From Octopus bimaculoides (lineage: Eukaryota): a DNA stretch of 64,000 nucleotides. Below the pieces are notes generated by a model. The model had not been told where the DNA came from. It was given only the letters and a program-made list of their open reading frames with translations, and searched no databases. The translations under genes and the position numbers were made by a program. Shown here piece after piece: positions 25,543-36,580 of this stretch. Within the stretch, counting starts at the first letter, position 1, and each line of letters starts with the position of its first letter. Where the stretch lies: positions 35,863,227-35,927,226 of the forward strand of contig NC_068983.1 in NCBI RefSeq assembly GCF_001194135.2, read 5' to 3'.

Positions 25543-26071
25543 AGCTGAACTTTGGCTTGATTTGAACAGAGAACATAAAGAGAAGAAATAAATATGACAA
25601 AAGCATTTTAATCCGATACTCTACCAATTTTGCCATTCCAATAATAGCATAGTGATTCATTGGCAGTATTTATTGGTAAAGAGAGATTAGTATAGCAATA
25701 TGCAAAAACATCGAAGAAATTCTATTAAAGACATTTGAATTGCTGTAGTAGAACGACAGCTGAAAAAGACAAATACAAGTATACCACATGATAGGTTTAG
25801 ACAGAACAACGCAATTCATTCTTCTTCAATCTCTTTACTTTGTCATTTACACATGTGAAACCATTTTTTATGTTAAGACTTAATACTTGTGATTTTTATC
25901 CAATCATCACTTCCCCAGTTACTATCAGCAATAATGAAACCATACCCTTTGCATTCAATATATTACATCAGCATTAAAGCGAACAAAGTACTTGATAATC
26001 AACCCTTGTGGTGTGTGTTCAAATCCCCTCCCTGCAGGTATTTTGTTGTGTATTTGAACAGTACACTGGAT

Positions 26072-26130
26072 AATTTAACTATCATGAATTTAACTACCAT
26101 GAATTTAACTATCATGACTTTAACTATCAA
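26072..26130. repeat. 15-bp minisatellite (TTTAACTATCATGAA) x about 4
   Basis: Directly visible units at 26074, 26089, 26104 and 26119. Confidence 0.9.
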
Positions 26131-26202
26131 AAATAATCTGATATCATTACCTTTGATAGGTTGATATCCTCCGCAGTGGGGATATCGCCTGTATTGCATA
26201 TA

Positions 26203-26625
26203 ATCATCATTATCATTGTTTTAATATCTACTTTTCCATACTCTCATGGGCCAATAAGAATTCATTGAGGTAAATTTTCTGTGGCTAGATGCTTTCACCT
26301 GTTCTCAAGCAAGGTAATATTTCCCTTAGTTTGGCAAACATGAACAGCACAATGGCTGAACATACTTTCATGGAAGACAGAAAGGAAACAACACTTCTTG
26401 TATAACAGTGATATTCGTTTACAATTAAAGCATTAAGCCAAGACAAAAAAAAATACACACACAATGGGCTTATTTCAGTTTCTTGCAACTAAATCCCTTC
26501 ACAAGTCTTTGGCCAGCCAAGGTCTATAGTAGAGGACACTTCCTAAAAGTGTTGCAAGTAGGTTTGAACCTGAAACTACATGGTTGTGAAGCAAACTTCT
26601 TAATCACATTGCTATACTTGTGCAT
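26203..26625 (-). mobile_element. Old SINE with family-A head and RTE-like tail
   Basis: Head at 26455-26625, GGTAATATTTCCC body and RTE-like (CAT)n tail; same architecture as 45341-45766. Confidence 0.7.
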
Positions 26626-26840
26626 ACAAAATACCAGATCATTAGAGAATGTCACTTGAAATAGCTTAACCCTCTAATGAGGAAGGAGTCAAGGTGGGTG
26701 GGCAATGGGATGAAGGGCATTTTGCATCTGTTTCATGCACTCCAGTTAAAACTACTCAAGGGGTCAATTCTCAAGAGGCATTTAAAATTCACATTATTTC
26801 ATTTTCATATTATATATTTCACAGTTGTAATCAATACATA

Positions 26841-26895
26841 TACAGTAATCCCTCGACTATCGCGAGTGTTATGTTCCAAAACCCCTGCGACAGAT
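26841..26895 (+). mobile_element. pogo/Tigger-type (Tc1/mariner superfamily) terminal fragment
   Basis: TA followed by CAGTAATCCCTCGACTATCGCG...TTCCAAAACCCCTGCGA, the typical TA|CAGT..CCCTCG terminus. No matching opposite end was found. Confidence 0.6.
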
Positions 26896-26904
26896 CAAAA
26901 AAAT

Positions 26905-26964
26905 GATGAACACCTTTAATCTATTTTCAAATCTTATTGGATTCTCATCAGTGGTGTCTACATC
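26905..26964 (-). ncRNA. Type I hammerhead ribozyme motif (junction slightly degenerate)
   Basis: Minus strand reads GATG TAG ACACC A CTGATGA GAATC CAATAA GATTT GAAA A TAGA TT A AA GGTGT T CATC. Present: conserved cores CUGAUGA and GAAA, 5-bp stem II, 2-bp stem III, UUA triplet, and stem I of 5+4 bp around an internal loop. An A-A mismatch plus one extra A sits at the stem I junction. Confidence 0.7.
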
Positions 26965-27035
26965 AATTTGACAAATCCCAGAGACACAAGCAGCCAATCT
27001 GTTTATATACTCAACAATTACAGAAGCTATATATG

Positions 27036-27080
<45 letters not shown>

Positions 27081-27160
27081 NNNNNNNNNNNNNNNNNNNN
27101 NNNNNNNNNNNNNNNNNNNNNNNNNNNNNNNNNNNNNNNNNNNNNNNNNNNNNNNNNNNN
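27081..27160. other. Assembly gap (N), preceded by (TA)n 27028-27080
   Basis: Run of N. Confidence 1.
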
Positions 27161-27543
27161 AGATGGAGCACAGTAATCTCCTTGTGTCAGTTTATGAGGC
27201 ATATTCAAAATGTCAGAGAAAGGATACTGTATAATGCCAGTTGTGCTTATGTTGTGAAGTCATGAGTTTGGAAGGCCACACAACAGTTAATATTGGCACA
27301 TATGGTTTCTTTTATTACTGTAATGAATCCTTGTAACAATCACTAAATTGACTAAAACGAAAATTACTAAATGGACGAAGTATAGGGTGAACATCTGTTC
27401 ACAGATCTTCATTTAAAATTCTACTAAGGATATTTTAACTCTTATATACAGCAGCTGATGCTCATAATACAAGTCAGTTTCTTAAGTTTACTTGCACTCA
27501 GTCTGTCATATTCACACAGCACAAGCACAGTCACACAATCAAC

Positions 27544-27583
27544 TTATTCCTCTTCAATTGCTGCAACTTTTCTGCTTTCCTTA
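27544..27583 (-). CDS. Weak terminal-exon candidate encoding (x)KESRKVAAIEEE*
   Basis: Long minus-strand polypyrimidine tract ending CCTAATAG, 13 open codons to TAA, and AATAAA about 230 nt downstream (27311-27316). No homology recognised. Confidence 0.25.
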
Positions 27584-28487
27584 CTATTAGGACAATACAA
27601 AAGAAACAACAGAAAATGAAGAACAAGCAAATGGCTGAAAGAAACTAATATATTTCCTAATGTGTGTGCTGTTGTTGTTGTTATTGTTACAAGCCCTGAG
27701 GGCAAAATACAATTACAAAACATCATACTCAATAACTTTCTTTCATATCATTTAAATTTTAAACAATTACTAATACTTCAAATAAACTTTATACTGCTGC
27801 AGGAAAAAAAAAATTATTTTCTAATCTACTCATGGTTCATTAATATATTTAATTATTCAAAGAATTCTTCATAATACATTGCTGTAGTGAGATAGCTCTA
27901 TCAACTTGTGCATTGAATTATATGTTTCTTTTGCTTCTCAGATTTGAAGGTGTAAGGCCATTGGTTTATTACAGATTCAAAGACACCAACTAGATACATA
28001 GCTTTATCACAGTTGTGGGTTCAAATCCAAGCAAAATCAACTTCATTAGGATATTGGTCACAATAAGTACCAATAATGAAACTAATTTCAGCAGATTAAC
28101 AGTGATCTCTATTCTGTGTATGCATGTATGAGAGAGAGAGAGACAGATGAACAGACAGACAGTGTCACACAGAGAAAGCAAGAGATAGAAATTGAGTATA
28201 TCTATGATCATAGGTATTTAAGCCATGACCATCCTGTCTCTTTTTGAGCAGAGAGAAACTGATACGTAGGAAATTTGACAGCAATTTCTAGCACAAGAAA
28301 TCACATAGAGGCTGCCTTTTGATTATGATGTTCTTCAAAAAAACTCAAGTTCTCAACAAAGTTGACAGTGGTGGAGACAAAAGTACACCAAATTTTAGTT
28401 TCATTCTTCTCAGTTTAGTACTTAAATCCTGCTTTCCCTTAGGTGATACTAAGTGTGTGTGTGTGTGTGTGTGCGCGCGCATGCAGT

Positions 28488-28857
28488 AGGTGCAAGCATA
28501 GTTGTGTGGTTAAGAAGCTAGCTTTGCAACCGCATGATTTTGGTTTGAGTCCGGCAGTATAGTACCTTGTGCAAGTGTCTTCTACTATAGCCTCAGTCTT
28601 GTGAGTGAATTTGGTAGATGGAAACTGTGTTGAACTTCCTTCAAATATAAATATCTGTGTGCTCGTGTCTTTGTGTTTGTCTTCCATGCCGTTTCTCAAC
28701 TTGTGTTGGTTTTTCTACAACTCCATTACTTTGTGGTTCAGCATAAGAGACTGACAGAATAAATATTGGATGTTAAAAACAAAAAATAAGTACTAAAGCC
28801 TTCAAGGCAGTGCTCCACTATGGCCACAGTCCAATGACTAAAACAAGTAAAAGATAG
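28488..28857 (+). mobile_element. SINE family A, diverged
   Basis: Head, ACCTTGTGCAAGTGTCTTCTACTATAGCC core and GACTAAAACAAGTAAAAGA end. Confidence 0.8.
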
Positions 28858-28929
28858 AAGTAGGTAGCCCAACCTCATGCGAGCATGGGAAAGCAGATGA
28901 TGATCATATACACTGTATGTATGCATGCA

Positions 28930-29020
28930 TACTTGCCCAAGGTGCCACGCAGTGGGACTGAACCCTGAACTATGTGGTTGGTAAGCAAACTACTTGCCAC
29001 ACAGCCACTCCTGCGCCTAT
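28930..29020 (-). mobile_element. SINE family A head fragment
   Basis: ACTTGCCCAAGGTGCCACGCAGTGGGACTGAACC...CACAGCCACTCCTGCGCC. Confidence 0.9.
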
Positions 29021-29030
29021 ATGTATATAT

Positions 29031-29077
<47 letters not shown>

Positions 29078-29595
29078 NNNNNNNNNNNNNNNNNNNNNNN
29101 NNNNNNNNNNNNNNNNNNNNNNNNNNNNNNNNNNNNNNNNNNNNNNNNNNNNNNNNNNNNNNNNNNNNNNNNNNNNNNNNNNNNNNNNNNNNNNNNNNNN
29201 NNNNNNNNNNNNNNNNNNNNNNNNNNNNNNNNNNNNNNNNNNNNNNNNNNNNNNNNNNNNNNNNNNNNNNNNNNNNNNNNNNNNNNNNNNNNNNNNNNNN
29301 NNNNNNNNNNNNNNNNNNNNNNNNNNNNNNNNNNNNNNNNNNNNNNNNNNNNNNNNNNNNNNNNNNNNNNNNNNNNNNNNNNNNNNNNNNNNNNNNNNNN
29401 NNNNNNNNNNNNNNNNNNNNNNNNNNNNNNNNNNNNNNNNNNNNNNNNNNNNNNNNNNNNNNNNNNNNNNNNNNNNNNNNNNNNNNNNNNNNNNNNNNNN
29501 NNNNNNNNNNNNNNNNNNNNNNNNNNNNNNNNNNNNNNNNNNNNNNNNNNNNNNNNNNNNNNNNNNNNNNNNNNNNNNNNNNNNNNNNNNNNNNN
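29078..29595. other. Assembly gap (N) between (TG)n and (TA)n
   Basis: Run of N. Confidence 1.
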
Positions 29596-29649
<54 letters not shown>

Positions 29650-30567
29650 CCAAAAAATTTTCTAATCTATTTTCACACACACATACATTAGAGTCAAATG
29701 CAGTCAACTACATCCATTATTTCCTAACAAATATGTGGCTTATACTGATACTGAAATCAATATACAACTTGGTGATGAAACTAAAAGTCCAAATTCCTCT
29801 GGGACCAGCTTTGAATTTCTTCCCTCAAAGATAAATAAGTAATAAATTAGTACTAATTTAATTATCTCCCCTCTACAGAGGTTCATCTTATTGCCTTTGT
29901 TAAGAATTATTTTAATTAACACACATACACACCCTTAAACAATTTTCATTAAAAAAAAAAACATCAGTAAATAAAAAGCATTCTCTCTCAAAAGCTATTG
30001 AAGGAATGCAAGTTTAAAAGATTAAAAAAAACAGTAAAAAACATTGAACAATGATTACTGACATAATTTTAGATAATGAAGCTTTAATAAGCCTTATTCA
30101 CCAACAAATCCTGTTGTTATAAGGGATTTATTGCAGATAATTTTATTTTATACAATAAACTAATAAAGACTTTGTTTGACACTCTACATTAGTTCAACAG
30201 TAATAATATTCTCCCTAAACAGCACAAGGAACTCGAAAGAAAAAAAAGGGAAAGTGCAATAAATAAATAAACAGTATTAATGTTCAATGAAGTTAATGTT
30301 CAAGTAATTAAGATCTATCGACACTTCCCATTAATAAGCATTATAGATTTGATAAAACACAAGCAATTATTGTAATCCTCACAGCTAACTGCAAATAATC
30401 ATCTAAAGTAAATAACAATCTTCAACAGTTGCCCTCAAACGATTAGAGAAGTTTTTGAACAAAGAAATAAGCACCATTCGTGCATGAGTCGTTGTCAGTG
30501 CCAGTAGCATGTAAAAAGCACCTTCTGAACGGGGGGGATTTAATTCAAAATAACATGAATTTTTTAT

Positions 30568-30952
30568 GCTTTATTTGTTTCGGTCATTAGACTGTGGCCA
30601 TGTTGGGGCACTAACTTGAAGAATTGTTAGTTGAATGAATCGACCCAGTACTTTTTTTTTTCAAGCCTGGTACTTATTCTAATGATCTCTTTTGCCAAAC
30701 CAGTTACAGGGATGTAAACACACCAACACCGGTTGTCAAGTGGTGGTAGGCGACAAGCACAGACACAAAGAGATATAGATACTTATATGCAATGAGTTCG
30801 TTTCTGTTTCCACTGACCACATCCACTCACAAGGCTTTGGTTATTCCGAGGCTATAGTAGAAGACACATGTCCAAGGTGCCACACAGTGGGACTGAACCC
30901 AGAACCATGTGGTTGAGAAGCAAGCTTCTTACCACACAGCCATGCCTGGACC
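30568..30952 (-). mobile_element. SINE family A, full length, diverged
   Basis: Homologous to 7545-7969 across head and body. Confidence 0.85.
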
Positions 30953-30954
30953 TA

Positions 30955-31002
30955 TAAATAAGTATTACATTTGACAGAGTAATCTGAATGTTAAAGGGTT
31001 AA
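30955..31002. mobile_element. Terminal fragment of a second TTAA MITE family
   Basis: ATAAATAAGTATTACATTTGACAGAGTAATCTGAATGTTAAAGGG TTAA; matches 46258-46286 and ends GGG-TTAA. Confidence 0.6.
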
Positions 31003-31271
31003 AGAACATGTTATGTAACGTAGTCGTATATCTGAGAGAATAAATAATAGGATGGTCATGGCTGGAAAACCTTTGATCATTGGTCTGTTGGTTTGGCACT
31101 GACCTAAGGCTAAAACAACATCTACAACTCAACATTGTCAATGTTTGTATGATAATTTATAAATGTCCTCAACTGATCTTTGAAAACAACAGAAATTTAT
31201 AAGAGAACAAAACAAAAAAGATTATTAAATTTGTAATGTTTGCTCCTATCTGTAATGTGATTTCAGTCAGT

Positions 31272-31316
<45 letters not shown>

Positions 31317-31758
31317 ATATGTGTGTCTTTTACAGTTTTGCCAGTTGAATATAATAGCACAATATTCTTTCAAGTCCTTGTAATATAATAGGCTACCAGC
31401 AATTCACGCATAGACACACAAACTTACATACAGCTTGTGACAAAGGAGACAAAGAGGGAAGCAGACAGACGGAGAGACAAATAGTGCAAAAGAGAGAGTG
31501 TGAGTGAATGTATGTGCGTGCATGTGTTGCACCATATGCAAGTTGAGGGAATTTTAAATATCATCTTCAAAGAGGTGAAATATGCAAAAGTAGTGGTGGT
31601 GGTGGTAGGGGGAGGAAAATGCTAGTGGTGGCAATGGTGGAGGGTATGGGTAATAGTGTTGGAATGGCAGTGCAAGGTTCTGGGAGAGGATGATAGTTAC
31701 GATGGTAAAGATAAAAACGAACTTTTGAAGACACACACACGCACATACATATATTCAT

Positions 31759-31813
<55 letters not shown>

Positions 31814-31823
31814 AATATATATA

Positions 31824-32587
31824 NNNNNNNNNNNNNNNNNNNNNNNNNNNNNNNNNNNNNNNNNNNNNNNNNNNNNNNNNNNNNNNNNNNNNNNNNNNNN
31901 NNNNNNNNNNNNNNNNNNNNNNNNNNNNNNNNNNNNNNNNNNNNNNNNNNNNNNNNNNNNNNNNNNNNNNNNNNNNNNNNNNNNNNNNNNNNNNNNNNNN
32001 NNNNNNNNNNNNNNNNNNNNNNNNNNNNNNNNNNNNNNNNNNNNNNNNNNNNNNNNNNNNNNNNNNNNNNNNNNNNNNNNNNNNNNNNNNNNNNNNNNNN
32101 NNNNNNNNNNNNNNNNNNNNNNNNNNNNNNNNNNNNNNNNNNNNNNNNNNNNNNNNNNNNNNNNNNNNNNNNNNNNNNNNNNNNNNNNNNNNNNNNNNNN
32201 NNNNNNNNNNNNNNNNNNNNNNNNNNNNNNNNNNNNNNNNNNNNNNNNNNNNNNNNNNNNNNNNNNNNNNNNNNNNNNNNNNNNNNNNNNNNNNNNNNNN
32301 NNNNNNNNNNNNNNNNNNNNNNNNNNNNNNNNNNNNNNNNNNNNNNNNNNNNNNNNNNNNNNNNNNNNNNNNNNNNNNNNNNNNNNNNNNNNNNNNNNNN
32401 NNNNNNNNNNNNNNNNNNNNNNNNNNNNNNNNNNNNNNNNNNNNNNNNNNNNNNNNNNNNNNNNNNNNNNNNNNNNNNNNNNNNNNNNNNNNNNNNNNNN
32501 NNNNNNNNNNNNNNNNNNNNNNNNNNNNNNNNNNNNNNNNNNNNNNNNNNNNNNNNNNNNNNNNNNNNNNNNNNNNNNNNNNNNNNN
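31824..32587. other. Assembly gap (N), preceded by (CA)n(TA)n
   Basis: Run of N. Confidence 1.
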
Positions 32588-32732
32588 GATATGAGATCTC
32601 CATGTTGCGCACATATGGTCGTGATGCATGTGCCTGGTGTACCCTTATCAGATGGGTAGTCATGATGGGTATACTGGGCTTCGTATATTTTACCCCAGTG
32701 TCACTTTGAAGGCAAGGACTGCTCTCTCACTC

Positions 32733-32774
<42 letters not shown>

Positions 32775-32988
32775 CCTTTCTACTAAAGGCACAAGGCCTG
32801 AAATTTTGGAGTAGAGGACTAGCCAATTACATCAACCCAAGTGTTTCACTGGTACTTAATTTATCGACCCCCAAAAGGATGAAAGGCAAAGTCAACCTCG
32901 GCGGAATTTGAACTCAGAATGTAGCAATGGGTGAAATACTGCTAAGCATTTCATCCAGCATGCTAACAATCCTGCCAGCTTGCTGCCT
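32775..32988 (-). mobile_element. SINE family B, full length, between (AAT)n tracts
   Basis: Homologous to 6906-7122. Confidence 0.9.
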
Positions 32989-33004
32989 TGAGTAATAATA
33001 ATAA

Positions 33005-33250
33005 CAATAGAACTCAGAGAGTGCAAACCTCCACCAAGGCAACACCTATGTCCTCTCAACGATTAGCCAGAGATGATTTTTAAAATGAGAATATCCGAAA
33101 TAAACTCAATTGCTCTCGCGAACGAGAATACTAAAAATGAAACCAACCACTCTCAAAAATTAAGTAAAAAAAACAAGAAAAATAATCCAGAATCCTTGTC
33201 CAGTACTGGATCAATCCCAAAATCTAATCAGTTCATGCCAGTCATGAGGC
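33005..33250 (+). mobile_element. Unclassified non-autonomous element fragment (possibly rolling-circle type)
   Basis: Motifs ACTCAGAGAGTGCAAACCTCCACCAAGG and ATCCAGAATCC...GGATC...CCAAAATCTAATCA resemble widespread aquatic-animal non-autonomous elements; recalled, not verified by search. Confidence 0.35.
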
Positions 33251-33934
33251 CAAACATCCCTTGGATTTGATAAGCAGAAACTGAAAGAATCCAGTCGCGC
33301 GCGCGTGCGTGCGTGCGTGCGTGCGTGCGTGTGTGTGTGTGTCTCATTGTTTGTCCCCCACCACTGCTTGATTGACAACTGGTGTTGGTGTGTTTACATT
33401 CCCATAACAATAGTAGCTCAGCAAAAGAGTTAATAGAGTAAGTATTGGAGTCAATTCATTCAACTAAACTTCTCCAAGGTTGTGCCCCAGCACGACTGCA
33501 ATCTAATGACTAAAACAAGTAAAACAAAACAAAAATTCAACATACAAAGAGAAAATTGCGTATCAGCAAAGATGTAATTGCTAATTTTTGTTGCATTTTT
33601 ATTTTCATAATTATTTTTTATTTTCGTTCTTTTCATTCTGGAAATTAACAAATAACAAGCCTCCCAGTCAAAATTGTCCACATACCAGTGGAAAAATAGT
33701 AATGAGAAAATTAGGTCACATGCAAACCATAGCAGCAAAGTAGAGTGTTACTTGATGGCTTCAATTTGCTGTCAAGAAGACAGGTTCCTAAGATTAAATG
33801 CTATGTAAGAAGGTGTTTGTCTACTTGACTCTCAGCTCATTCTCAACTTGTAGTGTAAGGATTTTAACTAAGTTCTAGGTTGAACTTATAGTATGTAATC
33901 AAACAATTACTTCATATTACATCTTATGTATCAC

Positions 33935-34293
33935 CATCTTCTTCATTTTAAGATTGGCTTTTCCATGCTTGCAAAAGGTGAGACCTGCTGGAGTAGATTT
34001 TCTGTAGCTAGACACTCTTCCTGTTGTCAACCCTTAGCTGTTTCCAAGCAATATTTCCCCATAGCTGGAAATGTTTCCACTTAAGATTAGAAATGAGAGA
34101 CATCATCTGTATGATGGTGACAGTCATTTTACAACTATCACATGATATCAAGAAGACACACACATGCAAACATGTATCTTATAGGCTTCTTTCAGTTTCC
34201 ATTTACCACATCTACTCACAGGGTTTTGGTTGGCTTGGAATTATAGCAAAAGATACTTGCCGAAGGTGTCATGCAGTGGGACTGAACTTGAAA
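33935..34293 (-). mobile_element. Old SINE with family-A head and RTE-like tail; head cut by a MITE
   Basis: TTTTCCATGCTTGCA tail region, CAATATTTCCCCAT body and GGCTTCTTTCAGTTTCC...GCAGTGGGACTGAAC head. Confidence 0.7.
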
Positions 34294-34298
34294 ATATA

Positions 34299-34481
34299 TA
34301 CTGTATATAATTTGTATAAGGAACTCTTGTATATAAGGAACCCCCTAATTTTGGGGACTTAAAATTTGGAAAAAAGGTTTTGATAGGATTATAATACTAT
34401 CCACGTATAAGAAATACCCATATTTTTTTAAACCTAATTTTAGACGAAAAAAGGGTTACTTATACATGTTAAAATATTGTA
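34299..34481. mobile_element. Tc1/mariner-type (pogo-like) MITE, copy 1
   Basis: TACTGTAT...GTATAAGGAAC ... GTTACTTATACATGTTAAAATATTGTA; TA-flanked degenerate TIRs; internal sequence homologous to copy 2. Confidence 0.65.
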
Positions 34482-34595
34482 CTTTGAAAGACCCTTTTCA
34501 ATTTTTCTTCCATCCCATCCACCAAACCATACCTCATTCTATTGACTTGTTTTTATATTTTTTTTCTCTCTTTTTCTATTTCTCACAAGACAAAT

Positions 34596-34761
34596 TACCA
34601 TATTTTAACATGTATAAAGAACCCCTAATTTTGGGGGCTTAGAATTTGGAAAAAAGGTCTTGTAAGGGATTATAATACTAGCCATGTGTAAAAAAACTCC
34701 CATATTTCTTTCACCTAATTTTTGACAAAAAAGGGTTCCTTATACATGTTAAAATACATTA
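34596..34761. mobile_element. Tc1/mariner-type (pogo-like) MITE, copy 2
   Basis: TIRs TATTTTAACATGTATAAAGAACCC / GGGTTCCTTATACATGTTAAAATA, with TA at both ends. Confidence 0.8.
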
Positions 34762-35616
34762 ATTGGGGATATGGTTTTGGGTTCAGTTCCACTGCATGGC
34801 ACATTGGGCAAATGAATGGGAAAAGGATACCATTAAAAGGGTTTACCTAAAACCATCTAAGATTCTCCTAATAGCATTCAACATTATAAGATTTACCAGC
34901 AGACATCAAAGGAATTATGGCCTGTAAGAAATACCAACCTAAATCAACCTTGAATCACACCATGCAATCTTTTAAAAGGAAAAGCATACACTCGGTAATA
35001 TAGTCCTATATATTAGTAAGTCTGGTTATATGAAAAGAACAAAAAAAAAATAGATGGATTTGTCACAGCTGGACCACCTGCTTCAGCAGAATTGACCTGA
35101 AGCTAGACAACAACAAACAGCATCAAATACAACAATGTATAATCAAAGAAATAAAAAAAGAAAAGAAAATAGGTTTGATGGATCAGGGTTGATATGAGTT
35201 GACACAACAATGACAACATGAAAAGGAAAACAAATAATATAGAAAAAAATGCAAGGTTCCATAAAAGAATCCAGATTTCACATGTGAAGCAATGTTTTTT
35301 TTTTCCCTTCAAAACAAAGTGAGAAAATAATATTTTAAATATTTGCCTTTGTCAAAGAATGTATTTCAATAAATCGTGTAGGTTTATTGTTGCCCTCAAG
35401 GAATATCTTATTGCATTCAAACTACTGGAGCTTGTTCCTTTATAGCTTGTGAAAAATATTTTGTTTTGATAATACATGCTATAAAAACATATTCATGTGT
35501 GTGTCTATACACACATACATTGTGTGTGTGTGTGTGTGTGTGTATACAGAGAGAGAGAGAGAGAGAGAAAGAGAGAAGACATGTAGCCTAGTGTATGTGT
35601 GTGTGTGTGTGTATGT

Positions 35617-35893
35617 CGTTGCCACTGCCACCTGACTGGCTCCTGTGCCGGTGGCATGTAAAAAGCACCATTTCAGAGTGGTCGATTCCAGTACCACCTG
35701 ACTGGCCCTCGTGCAGGTGGCATGTAAAAAGCACCCACTACACTCTCGGAGGGTTGGCATTAGGAAGGGCATCCAGCTGTAGAAACCTTGCCAGATCAGA
35801 TTGGAATTTAGTACAGCCTCTGGCTTGCCAGTCCTCAATCAAACCATCTAACCCATGTCAGCATGGAAAGCGGATGTTAACTGATGATGATGA
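35617..35893 (+). mobile_element. RTE LINE 3' UTR fragment
   Basis: ...GGCATTAGGAAGGGCATCCAGCTGTAGAAAC...GCATGGAAAGCGGATGTTAACTGATGATGATGA. Confidence 0.9.
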
Positions 35894-36109
35894 GATGTAT
35901 ATAGTAGTACCTTGACTGATGAGTGTCCCAACTAATGAGATTTTTGAGATACAAGCCATCTCATGGCCAATTTTTTGCTTTGAGTTGCAACCTAAACTTT
36001 ATGTTACAAGCCAGCTTCAGATACTCCACCGCTAGTTGGTGTAGCGAACACCATAGTGAACGCCATAACATCTGTCCAGCATCTCATGTCTCACTAAATA
36101 GCTAGACAG

Positions 36110-36151
<42 letters not shown>

Positions 36152-36519
36152 NNNNNNNNNNNNNNNNNNNNNNNNNNNNNNNNNNNNNNNNNNNNNNNNN
36201 NNNNNNNNNNNNNNNNNNNNNNNNNNNNNNNNNNNNNNNNNNNNNNNNNNNNNNNNNNNNNNNNNNNNNNNNNNNNNNNNNNNNNNNNNNNNNNNNNNNN
36301 NNNNNNNNNNNNNNNNNNNNNNNNNNNNNNNNNNNNNNNNNNNNNNNNNNNNNNNNNNNNNNNNNNNNNNNNNNNNNNNNNNNNNNNNNNNNNNNNNNNN
36401 NNNNNNNNNNNNNNNNNNNNNNNNNNNNNNNNNNNNNNNNNNNNNNNNNNNNNNNNNNNNNNNNNNNNNNNNNNNNNNNNNNNNNNNNNNNNNNNNNNNN
36501 NNNNNNNNNNNNNNNNNNN
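36152..36519. other. Assembly gap (N), preceded by (TA)n 36111-36151
   Basis: Run of N. Confidence 1.
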
Positions 36520-36580
36520 GGGTACGACGTTTCACGGTTAAGAGTATGAAGTTACTCTATTCCGATCTTCAGCCACAATA
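36520..36580 (-). ncRNA. Hammerhead-like motif in the left arm (3' part of stem I lost in the gap)
   Basis: Minus strand: TATTGTGG CTGAAGA TCGG AAT AGAGTA ACTTCA TACTCT TAA CCGT GAAA C GTC GTA CCC. Confidence 0.55.

Noticed and set aside
26072-26130. Short direct repeats as a CRISPR array
   Set aside because: Head-to-tail 15-bp units with no spacers, in eukaryotic DNA; an ordinary minisatellite.
32588-32773. Possible 3' end of another retroposon ending in (AAT)n
   Set aside because: Single occurrence in the window, 5' part lost in the gap, no ORF motif; cannot be supported beyond the tail.
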